This document shows positions 26,930-34,623 of a stretch of 64,000 bases of DNA, one piece after another; positions within the stretch are counted from its first letter, which is position 1, and each line of letters opens with the position of its first letter. The notes under the pieces are model-generated. The model did not search any database. It was not told where the DNA came from and saw only the letters and a list, made by a program, of their open reading frames with translations. The DNA comes from Myxococcota bacterium (GTDB taxonomy: Bacteria > Myxococcota_A > UBA9160 > SZUA-336). The position numbers were made by a program, and so were the translations under genes. The stretch spans positions 5,056-69,055 of the forward strand of contig JBHHVJ010000001.1 of NCBI GenBank assembly GCA_046754285.1, given 5' to 3'.

Positions 26930-27190
26930 CCCGGGAGCCGCCCGGCGCGTAGAGAAAGCGGCCGAAGGGATTCTAGGAGCCCCGCGGGCACGGGACTTGA
27001 CCCACCCCCAACCCTAAAACCCTGCGCAACGACTGGGGGGCCCGTGCTCTGGGAGCCTGGTCCGGGGAGCCGCGTCGGGCGGAGACCTTCCCCAGGATCG
27101 GGGCGGGGAGAGGCCGGCGGATTTCGATCCCGGCAGAGTCGGGCCCGGGGTTCGCCGGCCGTTCTCCCTGAGGCTTGGGGCCGCCGGTGC

Positions 27191-28180
27191 TCAGGGGGTG
27201 ACGACGACCTTCCCCCAGGTGGCCCGCGAGGCCAGAGCCTCCAGGGCCTGCGAGGCCTCGGCCAGCGGGTAGCACTTGAAGACCATCGGCTGGATCCGTC
27301 CCTCGGCGTACAGGCGATCCAGCGCGTCGAAGGTCTCGGGAACACGCGCGGGCTCGTGAACCGCGTACGCGCCCCAGTGCAGACCCACGATCGAGATGTT
27401 CTTGAGCAGAACGCGGTTCACGCGAAGCTCGGGGATGCGACCGCTCGCAAACCCAATCACCAGCAGGCGGCCGTTCCAGGCGATGCACTTCAGCGATCGG
27501 TCGAAGACATCGCCCCCCACGGGATCGTAGATCACGTCGGCTCCACGGCCGCCCGTGGCGTCTCGCACGGCGTCGACCCAGTCGTCCTGGCGGTAGTCGA
27601 GCACCTCGTCGGCACCGGCCTCGCGGGCGACCGCGAGCTTCTCGGGTCCCCCGGCGGTGGCGAGCACGCGGGCACCGAGGGCCTTGCCGATCTGCACCGC
27701 GGCGATCCCGACCCCTCCCGCCGCGGCGTGAACGAGAAGCGTCTCGCCGCGTCGCAGGGCCGCGCGATGGACGAGTCCCGCGTAGGAGGTCGGGTAGACG
27801 ATCGGCAACCCCGCGGCCTCCTCGAAGCTCATGCCCTCGGGAAGACGCCGCAGCATGCCGGCAGGAACCACGGCGCGCTCCGCGAAGGCGCCGAAGGGCA
27901 CGCTCCCGTAGACAGGATCTCCCACGGAGAAGGACTCGACCCCCTCCCCGGTCGAGCACACCACACCCGCCAGCTCCGCGCCCGGAACGAAGGGAAACGG
28001 CGGCTTGACCTGGTAGCGTCCCTGGACGAGCAGGATGTCGAAGAAGTTGCAGCCGGCCGCCTTCACGTCGACCCGCACGCCGCCGTCGGTGAGCGTCGGC
28101 TCCGGGCACTCGCGGAGCTCCAGCTCACCGGGCTCCATCCAGCGGTCCACGACGATCGCACGCATGGGTCCCCCCAGCAC
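27191..28180 (-). CDS. NADPH:quinone oxidoreductase / zinc-type alcohol dehydrogenase-like (MDR family)
   Basis: 'ACGCNFFDILLVQGRYQ'-like segment, 'LVHAAAGGVGIAAVQI' nucleotide-binding loop, and C-terminal 'ATWGKVVV'. Confidence 0.85.
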   Translation of the reverse strand: MLGGPMRAIVVDRWMEPGELELRECPEPTLTDGGVRVDVKAAGCNFFDILLVQGRYQVKPPFPFVPGAELAGVVCSTGEGVESFSVGDPVYGSVPFGAFAERAVVPAGMLRRLPEGMSFEEAAGLPIVYPTSYAGLVHRAALRRGETLLVHAAAGGVGIAAVQIGKALGARVLATAGGPEKLAVAREAGADEVLDYRQDDWVDAVRDATGGRGADVIYDPVGGDVFDRSLKCIAWNGRLLVIGFASGRIPELRVNRVLLKNISIVGLHWGAYAVHEPARVPETFDALDRLYAEGRIQPMVFKCYPLAEASQALEALASRATWGKVVVTP

Positions 28181-28225
28181 GGGTCAGGACGTGGCGGACG
28201 TCCGCGACCCGCCTGCGGTCGCTCC

Positions 28226-28471
28226 TCAGACGTCCGCGGCCCGCAGCGTCTTGCGGCGATTTCCGATCGCGCGCTCCTCCGCCCTCGCGATCAGACTGCG
28301 GACCTCGGCCTCGAGCGCGCCGTAGAACTCGCCTCCGACGTTGCACTTGCGCACCGCGGCCTTGACCCGGGACTTCGAGATGATCATCGCCCCCCCCGCG
28401 GCCTTCGCGGCGCGGCTGCTGCCAGCCTTTCGGGCGGTCTTCTTCCCTGCCGGCTTCTTCTTGGCTGCCAT
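28226..28471 (-). CDS. small histone-fold-like (bacterial histone HBb-like) DNA-binding protein with a Lys/Ala-rich N-terminal tail
   Basis: ATG 28471 is preceded by 'GAGGAGG' 7 nt upstream. Tail 'MAAKKKPAGKKTARKAGSSRAAKAAGGA'. Core 'MIISKSRVKAAVRKCNVGGEFYGALEAEVRSLIARAEERAIGNRRKTLRAADV'. Confidence 0.6.
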   Translation of the reverse strand: MAAKKKPAGKKTARKAGSSRAAKAAGGAMIISKSRVKAAVRKCNVGGEFYGALEAEVRSLIARAEERAIGNRRKTLRAADV

Positions 28472-28565
28472 CGCGAGCCTCCTCTGGTGGTTCTGCGTAA
28501 GAGCGACCGAGAATAAGCGGAACTCCACCGACGTCAATACGGGGGTGCAGGGTCGCTGAGGTAGA

Positions 28566-29396
28566 ATGAGGTCCATGCACCCCGTCGGCGCCCGCATCCT
28601 CGGCCTTCTTGGGTTCCTGCTGCTCCTCGCTCCTGGACTCGCGGCGCGGGACCGCGGGGCCGACGGCGAGTTCGATCAGCGTCGCTCTGCCCATTTTCGT
28701 CTGCTCCAGGACGTCGATCTCGACTGGGTCACGGGGCGGGGCGGCTCACGGGCCTTCGAGCGGGCGGTTCTCGCGGAGCTCGAGCAGGCCTATCGCGACC
28801 TGGCCCGGTCGCTCGACATCCGCCCGCGCCATGCGATCCGCGTCGTCATCTACGACCCCGGGGTCTTCGAGCAGATCTTCGGCGGGCGCTTCCGTTTCAG
28901 CGCGGTGGGGTTCTACGAGGGAGCTTCCCAGCTCATCCACATTCGCGGTGGCACACGGGTCGACGCCCCACTGGTCCGGACGCTCCACCACGAGTACGTC
29001 CACGCCGCTCTTGACGCGGTGACCGATCCCAGACGCATACCGGCGTGGCTCAACGAGGGCCTGGCCCAGCTCTTCGAGCATCGGGCCCTGGGCAAGCGGG
29101 GGCTCGGGAGCGCGGAGTACGAGTGGCTGCGGCGCGCCAGCGCGAACGGTGCCTGGCTTCCACTGGAGCGCCTCTCGGGAATGAGCTTCGCGTCCTTCGA
29201 CGCCGACGACGCCCGCTTGGCCTACCGGCAGGCCTATGGGCTGGTGGACTATCTGGTGCGGCGCAGCGGGGAGCGTCGCTTTCGGAGCTTCATGCGGCAG
29301 CTCGTGAGGGGAGGGCGCCTCGAGCGCCTGTTCGAGCGCGAGCTCCGCATCGAGCTGGCCGAGCTCGAGGCCAGCTTCCGCGCCGAGCTACGCTAG
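28566..29396 (+). CDS. secreted peptidase-MA-like metalloprotease (HExxH plus NEG motif)
   Basis: Signal-peptide-like 'ILGLLGFLLLLAPGLAA'. 'LHHEYVHAAL' (HExxH). 'WLNEGLAQLFE' downstream. Confidence 0.6.
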   Translation: MRSMHPVGARILGLLGFLLLLAPGLAARDRGADGEFDQRRSAHFRLLQDVDLDWVTGRGGSRAFERAVLAELEQAYRDLARSLDIRPRHAIRVVIYDPGVFEQIFGGRFRFSAVGFYEGASQLIHIRGGTRVDAPLVRTLHHEYVHAALDAVTDPRRIPAWLNEGLAQLFEHRALGKRGLGSAEYEWLRRASANGAWLPLERLSGMSFASFDADDARLAYRQAYGLVDYLVRRSGERRFRSFMRQLVRGGRLERLFERELRIELAELEASFRAELR

Positions 29397-29398
29397 GC

Positions 29399-29429
29399 GT
29401 CTGACCCGAGACTCCGTCTCGAGTCAGAC
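29399..29429. terminator. strong hairpin after the peptidase gene (no T-tract)
   Basis: GTCTGACCCGAGAC-TCC-GTCTCGAGTCAGAC is a 14-bp stem with one mismatch, starting 3 nt after the TAG at 29394-29396. Confidence 0.5.
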
Positions 29430-29481
29430 ATCTGCCGCCCTCGCGCGGTATCGGCGAGCCGAGCTCGCCTGCGCGCGCGTC

Positions 29482-29501
29482 GACCGACCCTCGCGTCGGT
29501 C
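29482..29501 (-). terminator. hairpin immediately after the small DUF5989-like ORF
   Basis: GACCGAC-CCTCGC-GTCGGTC, a 7-bp perfect stem, lies 2 nt beyond the minus-strand stop at 29504-29506. Confidence 0.35.
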
Positions 29502-29503
29502 TC

Positions 29504-29650
29504 CTAGTTCAGCGTGTAGACGAACGCCTCCGGCTGGTCGCGCGTCAGCAGCACCATGATCAGGACGAGCAGGATGACCGTCAGGCCGGGCAGCAGCCAG
29601 AGCCGCTTGTTGGAGGCCAGGAAGCTGCGAAAGGACTCATGATCGGTCAC
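29504..29650 (-). CDS. 48-aa single-pass membrane protein, DUF5989-like (not in the supplied ORF track)
   Basis: GTG 29650 has 'GGAAGGAGG' 7 nt upstream. Product 'MTDHESFRSFLASNKRLWLLPGLTVILLVLIMVLLTRDQPEAFVYTLN', whose 'KRLWLLP...F.YTL' layout is typical of DUF5989 as I recall it. Confidence 0.7.
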   Translation of the reverse strand: MTDHESFRSFLASNKRLWLLPGLTVILLVLIMVLLTRDQPEAFVYTLN

Positions 29651-29681
29651 GGGAATACCTCCTTCCCGAGGGTCCTTGACC

Positions 29682-30959
29682 TTAGATGTGTAGATCTTCC
29701 TTCACCCACGTGGCAGGATCGCGCAGAAATCGCTCGGAGGCGAGGGGAGAGAGGTCCAGCGTCTCGTAGGCGCCGTTGCAGACGAGCTCGGCGACGCCGC
29801 GGCCCAGCGCGCGCGACTGCATCACTCCGCGTCCGGTGAAACTGTGTGCCTCGATGAGATTCGCGAAGCCCTGCACCCGGCCCACCACGCCACTGCAGTC
29901 GGGCGTAACGGAGTAGAGGCCCGCCCAGCCCCGCACATGGCCGCAGCGCTCGAAGGCGCTCGAGCGCAGGGCGAGACGCGGCCAAATCTCCCGCTCGAAG
30001 AAGGCGTCACTGTCGTAGCGGAAGTCGTAGCCCGACGGCTCCGCGGGCGAGGAGTAACCGGCCAGAATGTACGGCCCCTCGGGGTGGTAGTAGACGTTGG
30101 AGGCGTCCACGATCATGCCGAGCGTCGTCAGATCCACACCGTCGGGCAGGTCGCGCACCCGCACATCGACCATGGCAATCTGGCGCCGCACGGGGACCGC
30201 CACATCTCGGACGCCGAGCTTCGAAGAGAAGATCGGGCTCCACGCGCCGAGTGCATTGATGACGACGTCGGCATGGATGGACGGGTGATCGACGCTCTGC
30301 TCCGGGGGAACGTGATGGTGTGTGAGGATGCGCTCCAGAACCCCGGCCTCATCGGCGGGATCGCCCTTGGCGACCTCGACAATGTGGACCAGGTCGACGC
30401 GCCGCCGACCCGGCCCGTGCTCGACCGTCTCGACCCCCTCGATGTAGTGTCGATTCAGGAAGCGTGCGCCGCCCGCCTCGGCCTCCCGACGGTAGAATCG
30501 ACGTACGGCGTTGGGGTTCACCAGGCCGTCGCGGGGCGAGAAGGTGGCACCCACGATCTCGTCCAGCCCGCGATCGAGGTGTGGGAAACGGCGCTCGACC
30601 TCACCTGGAGAGAGGATCTCGACGTCCCAGCCGAGCTGCTCCTGCCGCCTGCGCCGCTCGATCGCCTTGCGGAAGAGCCTGCGATCCCCGTAGAGCCATA
30701 GGTAGCCCCGCTGCCGCAGCGAGAACTCCTCCGCGTGCTCTTCGAAGAAGCCGATCGTATCACGACACGCCGCGATGTTGATCTCGTGCCACCAGGTGGC
30801 GCGGCAGCCGCCGGCGTTGAGCTCCGACGACGCGTAGCGTCCGTGCAGATCGAGGTCGACGACGCAGACGTCGTGCACGCCGCGCTCCACCAGTGCAGCG
30901 GCGATCGCAGAGCCGATGATCCCTCCGCCCGCGATCAGCACCTCGACGCGATCTTCCAC
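29682..30959 (-). CDS. FAD-dependent oxidoreductase (DAO / glycine-D-amino-acid oxidase-like family)
   Basis: 'VLIAGGGIIGSAIAAAL' dinucleotide fold. GTG 30959 has 'GGAGGGG' about 5 nt upstream. The ORF stays open to 31013. Confidence 0.8.
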   Translation of the reverse strand: MEDRVEVLIAGGGIIGSAIAAALVERGVHDVCVVDLDLHGRYASSELNAGGCRATWWHEINIAACRDTIGFFEEHAEEFSLRQRGYLWLYGDRRLFRKAIERRRRQEQLGWDVEILSPGEVERRFPHLDRGLDEIVGATFSPRDGLVNPNAVRRFYRREAEAGGARFLNRHYIEGVETVEHGPGRRRVDLVHIVEVAKGDPADEAGVLERILTHHHVPPEQSVDHPSIHADVVINALGAWSPIFSSKLGVRDVAVPVRRQIAMVDVRVRDLPDGVDLTTLGMIVDASNVYYHPEGPYILAGYSSPAEPSGYDFRYDSDAFFEREIWPRLALRSSAFERCGHVRGWAGLYSVTPDCSGVVGRVQGFANLIEAHSFTGRGVMQSRALGRGVAELVCNGAYETLDLSPLASERFLRDPATWVKEDLHI

Positions 30960-31005
30960 GGCGTCCCCTCCGCACGAGATGCTACGCGCTACACTGCGCC
31001 CCGCA

Positions 31006-31434
31006 ATGCGCACGGACGATCCCCCGCGACTCGGCTTCGTGGAGGCCCACGAGGTTCCCCGGCTGATCCTCGGCGTCCTGCGGGGAGATCCCGTCTCCCT
31101 CCGCCGCCTCCTGGGCGCGCGTCGCAGCGGCCGCTGGGGCTGCGGGCTGGCTCTGGCCGCGCTGCTGCTCGCCGTACCGGAGCCCTCCGGGATCGCGATC
31201 GTGGCCGCCGCGCATCTCGCGCTGGCGCTCTACGTCGTGATCCCCCGAACCGGCGCGCTCCCCCTCCGAGCCCGACAGGAGCTCACACTCTCCCTCTGGG
31301 CAGCCTCCCCCCTGTTCGCGCTGGTCGCCGCCCTCCGCCCGCTCGGCCTGCAATCGCTCGCCCTCCCCCTCGCCGCCACCCTCCTCGCCCACCTCCACAT
31401 CGCCCGAACCACCAGAAGCGGGGACGTTGATTGA
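31006..31434 (+). CDS. hypothetical membrane protein
   Basis: High GC3 frame with several hydrophobic segments ('GLALAALLLAV', 'IAIVAAAHLALALYVV', 'LWAASPLFALVAAL'). Its stop codon lies inside the left arm of the 31420-31526 inverted repeat. Confidence 0.45.
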   Translation: MRTDDPPRLGFVEAHEVPRLILGVLRGDPVSLRRLLGARRSGRWGCGLALAALLLAVPEPSGIAIVAAAHLALALYVVIPRTGALPLRARQELTLSLWAASPLFALVAALRPLGLQSLALPLAATLLAHLHIARTTRSGDVD

Positions 31435-31526
31435 GTTGTTGATACGAGAGGGTTGGGCTACGCCCGCCAGCGAAGCACGCCGCGCGGGGCTCACGCCTCG
31501 CGACCAACAACTCAATCAACGTCCCC
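31420..31526. repeat. 107-bp element with perfect 22-bp terminal inverted repeats
   Basis: GGGGACGTTGATTGAGTTGTTG (31420-31441) is the exact reverse complement of CAACAACTCAATCAACGTCCCC (31505-31526), separated by a 63-nt GC-rich spacer. Confidence 0.8.
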
Positions 31527-31799
31527 TTAGGGGCGGGAGTAGTTGTAGCCGCGGGAGTTTAGGGGGAAGCGGAGGTCGCCTTCGGGTCGCTCGGGGAGGT
31601 GGAGCGTGAGCTTGCGCTCGATCGGTGGCGGGAGGGGACAGATCTTGGCTTCGTTGGACTCGTCGAGCTGCGGGCTCTCGGCCTGCTGGGTGGGGGCGCT
31701 GGGGGGGTCCCCCTCGGAGCGGACGGTCACCCCGCCGGCACCGAGCAGCATGGCGAGCGCAACGGCGCAGCATCCGGCGATCTTCATCGAATCTCTCAT
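31527..31799 (-). CDS. small secreted hypothetical protein
   Basis: High GC3 frame. Signal-peptide-like 'MKIAGCCAVALAMLLGAGG'. The TAA stop abuts the right arm of the inverted repeat. Start is ATG 31799 or 31787. Confidence 0.45.
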   Translation of the reverse strand: MRDSMKIAGCCAVALAMLLGAGGVTVRSEGDPPSAPTQQAESPQLDESNEAKICPLPPPIERKLTLHLPERPEGDLRFPLNSRGYNYSRP

Positions 31800-31885
31800 C
31801 GGTGCTCGGCCCGCTCGACTTGAGGCCGCGGGGATCCACGGCCCGGGTTGAGGCACACGCCTTTTGCGCGTAAGCTGCGGGCAGG

Positions 31886-32437
31886 ATGCACCCGAAGATC
31901 ATTGATCCGGAGCAGGCCTTCCTCGTGCTCGTGGATGTGCAGGAGGGGTATCGCAAGGCCCTGCATGCTTGGGAGCGGGTCATAGAGCGCTGCGCCGTGC
32001 TCGTTCGAGGCTTTCGCACGTTGGAACTGCCCGTCTTCTACACGGAGCAGTACCCCAAAGGGCTCGGCCCGACGGCGTACGAGCTGCACGAGCTCCTCGA
32101 GGGGGTGCCGCGCTTCGAGAAGCTCGACCTCTCGGCACTCGGTGCACCGGGTCTGCTGGACGCGCTCGAGCCGCTGGGTCGGAAGGTCGCCGTGGTCTGC
32201 GGAATAGAGACGCACGCCTGCATCAACCACACGGCCCACGACCTGCTCGCGCGCGGCTACGACGTTCACATTCCCGTCGACGCGGTCTCGTCTCGGCGGC
32301 TGATCGAGCACGAGATCGGCTACGCCAAGCTGCTTCGCTCGGGGGTGGTGGGGGCCAGTGTCGAGTCCGCCTTGCTCGAGTGCGTCCGCAGCGCCGCGCA
32401 TCCCCGCTTCAAGGCGATTCACGCTCTGCTCAAGTAG
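31886..32437 (+). CDS. isochorismatase-family cysteine hydrolase
   Basis: 'AFLVLVDVQEGY' and 'VAVVCGIETHACINHTAHDLLARGYDVHIPVDAVSS'. Confidence 0.85.
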   Translation: MHPKIIDPEQAFLVLVDVQEGYRKALHAWERVIERCAVLVRGFRTLELPVFYTEQYPKGLGPTAYELHELLEGVPRFEKLDLSALGAPGLLDALEPLGRKVAVVCGIETHACINHTAHDLLARGYDVHIPVDAVSSRRLIEHEIGYAKLLRSGVVGASVESALLECVRSAAHPRFKAIHALLK

Positions 32438-32440
32438 GCG

Positions 32441-33178
32441 ATGTCCGACGGCAACCTCGAACGCATCGGCGCCCGTGTACCGCGTTGTCGGCGCTGTCCG
32501 CGGCTGGTGGGGTACCGCCGCGAGATCAAGCGTCGCTACCCCGACTACCGTTGTCTTCCGGTACCGAGCTTCGGAGATCCGCGAGCCTGGCTCGTGATCG
32601 TGGGCCTCGCACCCGGATTCCACGGGGCAAACCGCTCGGGCCGACCGTTCTGGCTGGACGCATCGGGAGAGTGGCTATACGGCGAGCTCGAGCGCTGCGG
32701 GCTCTGGAACGGCCGGACCCTTCGCGGCGTCTGCATCCTGAACGCGGTCAAGTGCGTGCCTCCGGCGAACCGTCCGACGACGGAGGAGAGCGAGCGCTGC
32801 CGTCCCTGGCTGGCGGCCGAGCTCGCGGCGCTCGTCCATGCTCGGGTCGTCCTCAGCCTGGGAGCCATCGCGCACCGTGCGGTGCTGAGGGCCTGGGAGC
32901 TCCAGCCCTTGTCCCGTTTCGCGTTCCGGCACGGGGCGGTCCATGCCCTCGAGGGCCGGCCCCCTCTGCTCTGCAGCTACCATCCGTCGCGCCAGAACAC
33001 GAACACCGGCGTGCTGACGCAATCGATGTGGCAAGCGATCTTCGCACACGCGCTGACCCTGCGGAGGTGCCGGGCGACGGGGGCCACCCGCGGGACGGCC
33101 CGAGACGCGATGGCTCTTCCGAGCGCGGAGCGTCGCACGGTCGAGAGCCGGCGAGCGCGGAGCCATCGCAAGGCGTGA
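32441..33178 (+). CDS. uracil-DNA glycosylase, family 5 (UdgB)-like
   Basis: 'RCRRCPRLV' Fe-S cysteines. 'VGLAPGFHGANRSGRPFWLDASGEWLY' resembles the family 5 motif GLAPAAHGGNRTGRxFTGDxSGxWLY. 'CSYHPSRQN'. Confidence 0.8.
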   Translation: MSDGNLERIGARVPRCRRCPRLVGYRREIKRRYPDYRCLPVPSFGDPRAWLVIVGLAPGFHGANRSGRPFWLDASGEWLYGELERCGLWNGRTLRGVCILNAVKCVPPANRPTTEESERCRPWLAAELAALVHARVVLSLGAIAHRAVLRAWELQPLSRFAFRHGAVHALEGRPPLLCSYHPSRQNTNTGVLTQSMWQAIFAHALTLRRCRATGATRGTARDAMALPSAERRTVESRRARSHRKA

Positions 33179-34602
33179 TGATCCGGTCGGAGGAGCGGAT
33201 CAGGCGGTGGGCGCGGGAGACGGACGTGCTCGTCCTCGGGCTGGGCTGTGCGGGCGCGGCTGCCGCCCTGGCGGCCGAGGCGGCGGGCGCTCGCGTCCTC
33301 GCGATCGAGCGGGCGAGTGGGGGCGGCGGCACCACGGCGCTCTCGGGTGGCGTCATCTATCTCGGGGGGGGCACCCCTATTCAGGAGAAGTGCGGCTTTG
33401 AGGACTCGCCTGAGCAGATGCTGCGGTACCTTAGTGCGTCCTGCGGGGCGGGCGCCGATCCAAGCCGCCTGCGAGTGTACTGCGAAGGAAGCGTCGAGCA
33501 CTTCCACTGGCTGGTCGCCCAGAGAGTTCCATTCAAGGCGAGCTTCTACGCGGACACGAGTGGGGATCCGCCGACGGACGACGGCCTGGTCTTCTCGGGC
33601 AACGAGAAGGCCCATCCCTTTGATCGCATAGCAAGGCCCGCGCCGCGCGGCCACGTTCCACGCATCGAGGGCCCCGCCGGCGGGCTGCTGATGCGCAAGC
33701 TGCTCGATGCCGTTGCGGCCACCTCGGTCGAGATTTTCATGGACAGCCGCGCGATCTCGCTCGTCCGGGACACGTCGGGCGCGATCGTGGGTGCCGTGAT
33801 TCGCAGCGGTGGTGATCAAGCCGCAATCCGAGCGCGACGCGGCGTGATCCTGACGACGGGTGGCTTCATCGAGAACCGTCGCATGGTCGAGACCTATGCT
33901 CCGCTGCTGCGGCGCTGCCGCTTCCGCGTGGGCGCCGAGGGCGACGACGGAAGCGGAATTCGCATGGGCATGGCGGCGGGGGGCGCGGCCATCCACATGG
34001 ACCGTGCCTCGGTGACGCTGCCGATCTACCCGCCCAAGCGCCTCGCACGCGGAGTTCTCGTGAACGGCTTCGGTCAACGCTTCGTGAACGAGGACGTCTA
34101 CTACGGCCGCCTCGGCGAGCTTGCACTCCTGCACCAGGACGGCCGTGCGTACCTGGTTCTCGACGAGGCCACCTTCGAGCGTCCGGAGATTCCACGCGAG
34201 ATCGCGGCCGTCGCCGAGACGATCGACGGGCTTGCAGTCGATCTCGGACTTCCGGACGGCAGCCTCGAAGCCACGCTCGAGCTCTACAACCGCCACGCGG
34301 AGCACTGCCGGGACCCCGTGTTCCACAAGGCTCCTGAGTACCTCACCCCGTTGCGCCATCCTCCGTATGCGGCTCTCGACTGCACCGTGGAGGGATCGCT
34401 CTACGCGGCCTTCACGCTCGGCGGCTTGCACACGACGATCGACGGCCAGGTCCTCACCCCCGATGGTGAGGTCATCCCTGGGCTCTACGCCGCCGGGCGC
34501 GCCAGCGCAGGTGTGAGTGTGGGGGGGTACGCGAGTGGCCTGTCGATCGGCGATGGCACGTTCTTCGGGCGTCGCGCTGGCGCCCACGCCGCCCTCCGCT
34601 GA
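33178..34602 (+). CDS. FAD-binding dehydrogenase (FAD_binding_2; KstD / fumarate-reductase flavoprotein-like)
   Basis: 'DVLVLGLGCAGAAAALAAEAAGARVLAIERASGGGGTTALSGG' and C-terminal 'IPGLYAAGRASAG'. ATG 33178 overlaps the upstream TGA. Confidence 0.8.
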   Translation: MIRSEERIRRWARETDVLVLGLGCAGAAAALAAEAAGARVLAIERASGGGGTTALSGGVIYLGGGTPIQEKCGFEDSPEQMLRYLSASCGAGADPSRLRVYCEGSVEHFHWLVAQRVPFKASFYADTSGDPPTDDGLVFSGNEKAHPFDRIARPAPRGHVPRIEGPAGGLLMRKLLDAVAATSVEIFMDSRAISLVRDTSGAIVGAVIRSGGDQAAIRARRGVILTTGGFIENRRMVETYAPLLRRCRFRVGAEGDDGSGIRMGMAAGGAAIHMDRASVTLPIYPPKRLARGVLVNGFGQRFVNEDVYYGRLGELALLHQDGRAYLVLDEATFERPEIPREIAAVAETIDGLAVDLGLPDGSLEATLELYNRHAEHCRDPVFHKAPEYLTPLRHPPYAALDCTVEGSLYAAFTLGGLHTTIDGQVLTPDGEVIPGLYAAGRASAGVSVGGYASGLSIGDGTFFGRRAGAHAALR

Positions 34603-34623
34603 TCTCGCAACGGGCGGCGCGCT

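Noticed and set aside
27005-27025. A telomere-like 'ACCCTAAAACCCT' in a C-rich stretch of an intergenic region.
   Set aside because: It is barely two degenerate units, with no array and no further copies. I consider it meaningless at this length.
27100-27140. A T-arm-like 'GGCGGATTTCGATCCCGGC' in the 260-bp non-coding gap between the convergent rluD-like and qor-like genes. I considered a tRNA or tRNA fragment.
   Set aside because: I could not build an acceptor stem, D-arm or anticodon arm around it. The loop does not match the canonical TTCGAAT/TTCAAAT context. The gap could still hold an sRNA, but I have no evidence for one.
28562-28577. TAGAAT overlaps the first ATG of the peptidase-MA-like gene, with a second in-frame ATG at 28575. 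I considered a leaderless mRNA.
   Set aside because: I found no convincing -35 element at the right spacing. The idea rests on one hexamer and needs transcription-start mapping.
32435-32443. The isochorismatase-family ORF and the UDG ORF are in the same frame, separated by TAG-GCG-ATG. I considered read-through or a fusion.
   Set aside because: The stop is TAG, not TGA. Both proteins are complete, unrelated domains with normal termini. A same-frame juxtaposition has a one-in-three chance, and there is no recoding signal.
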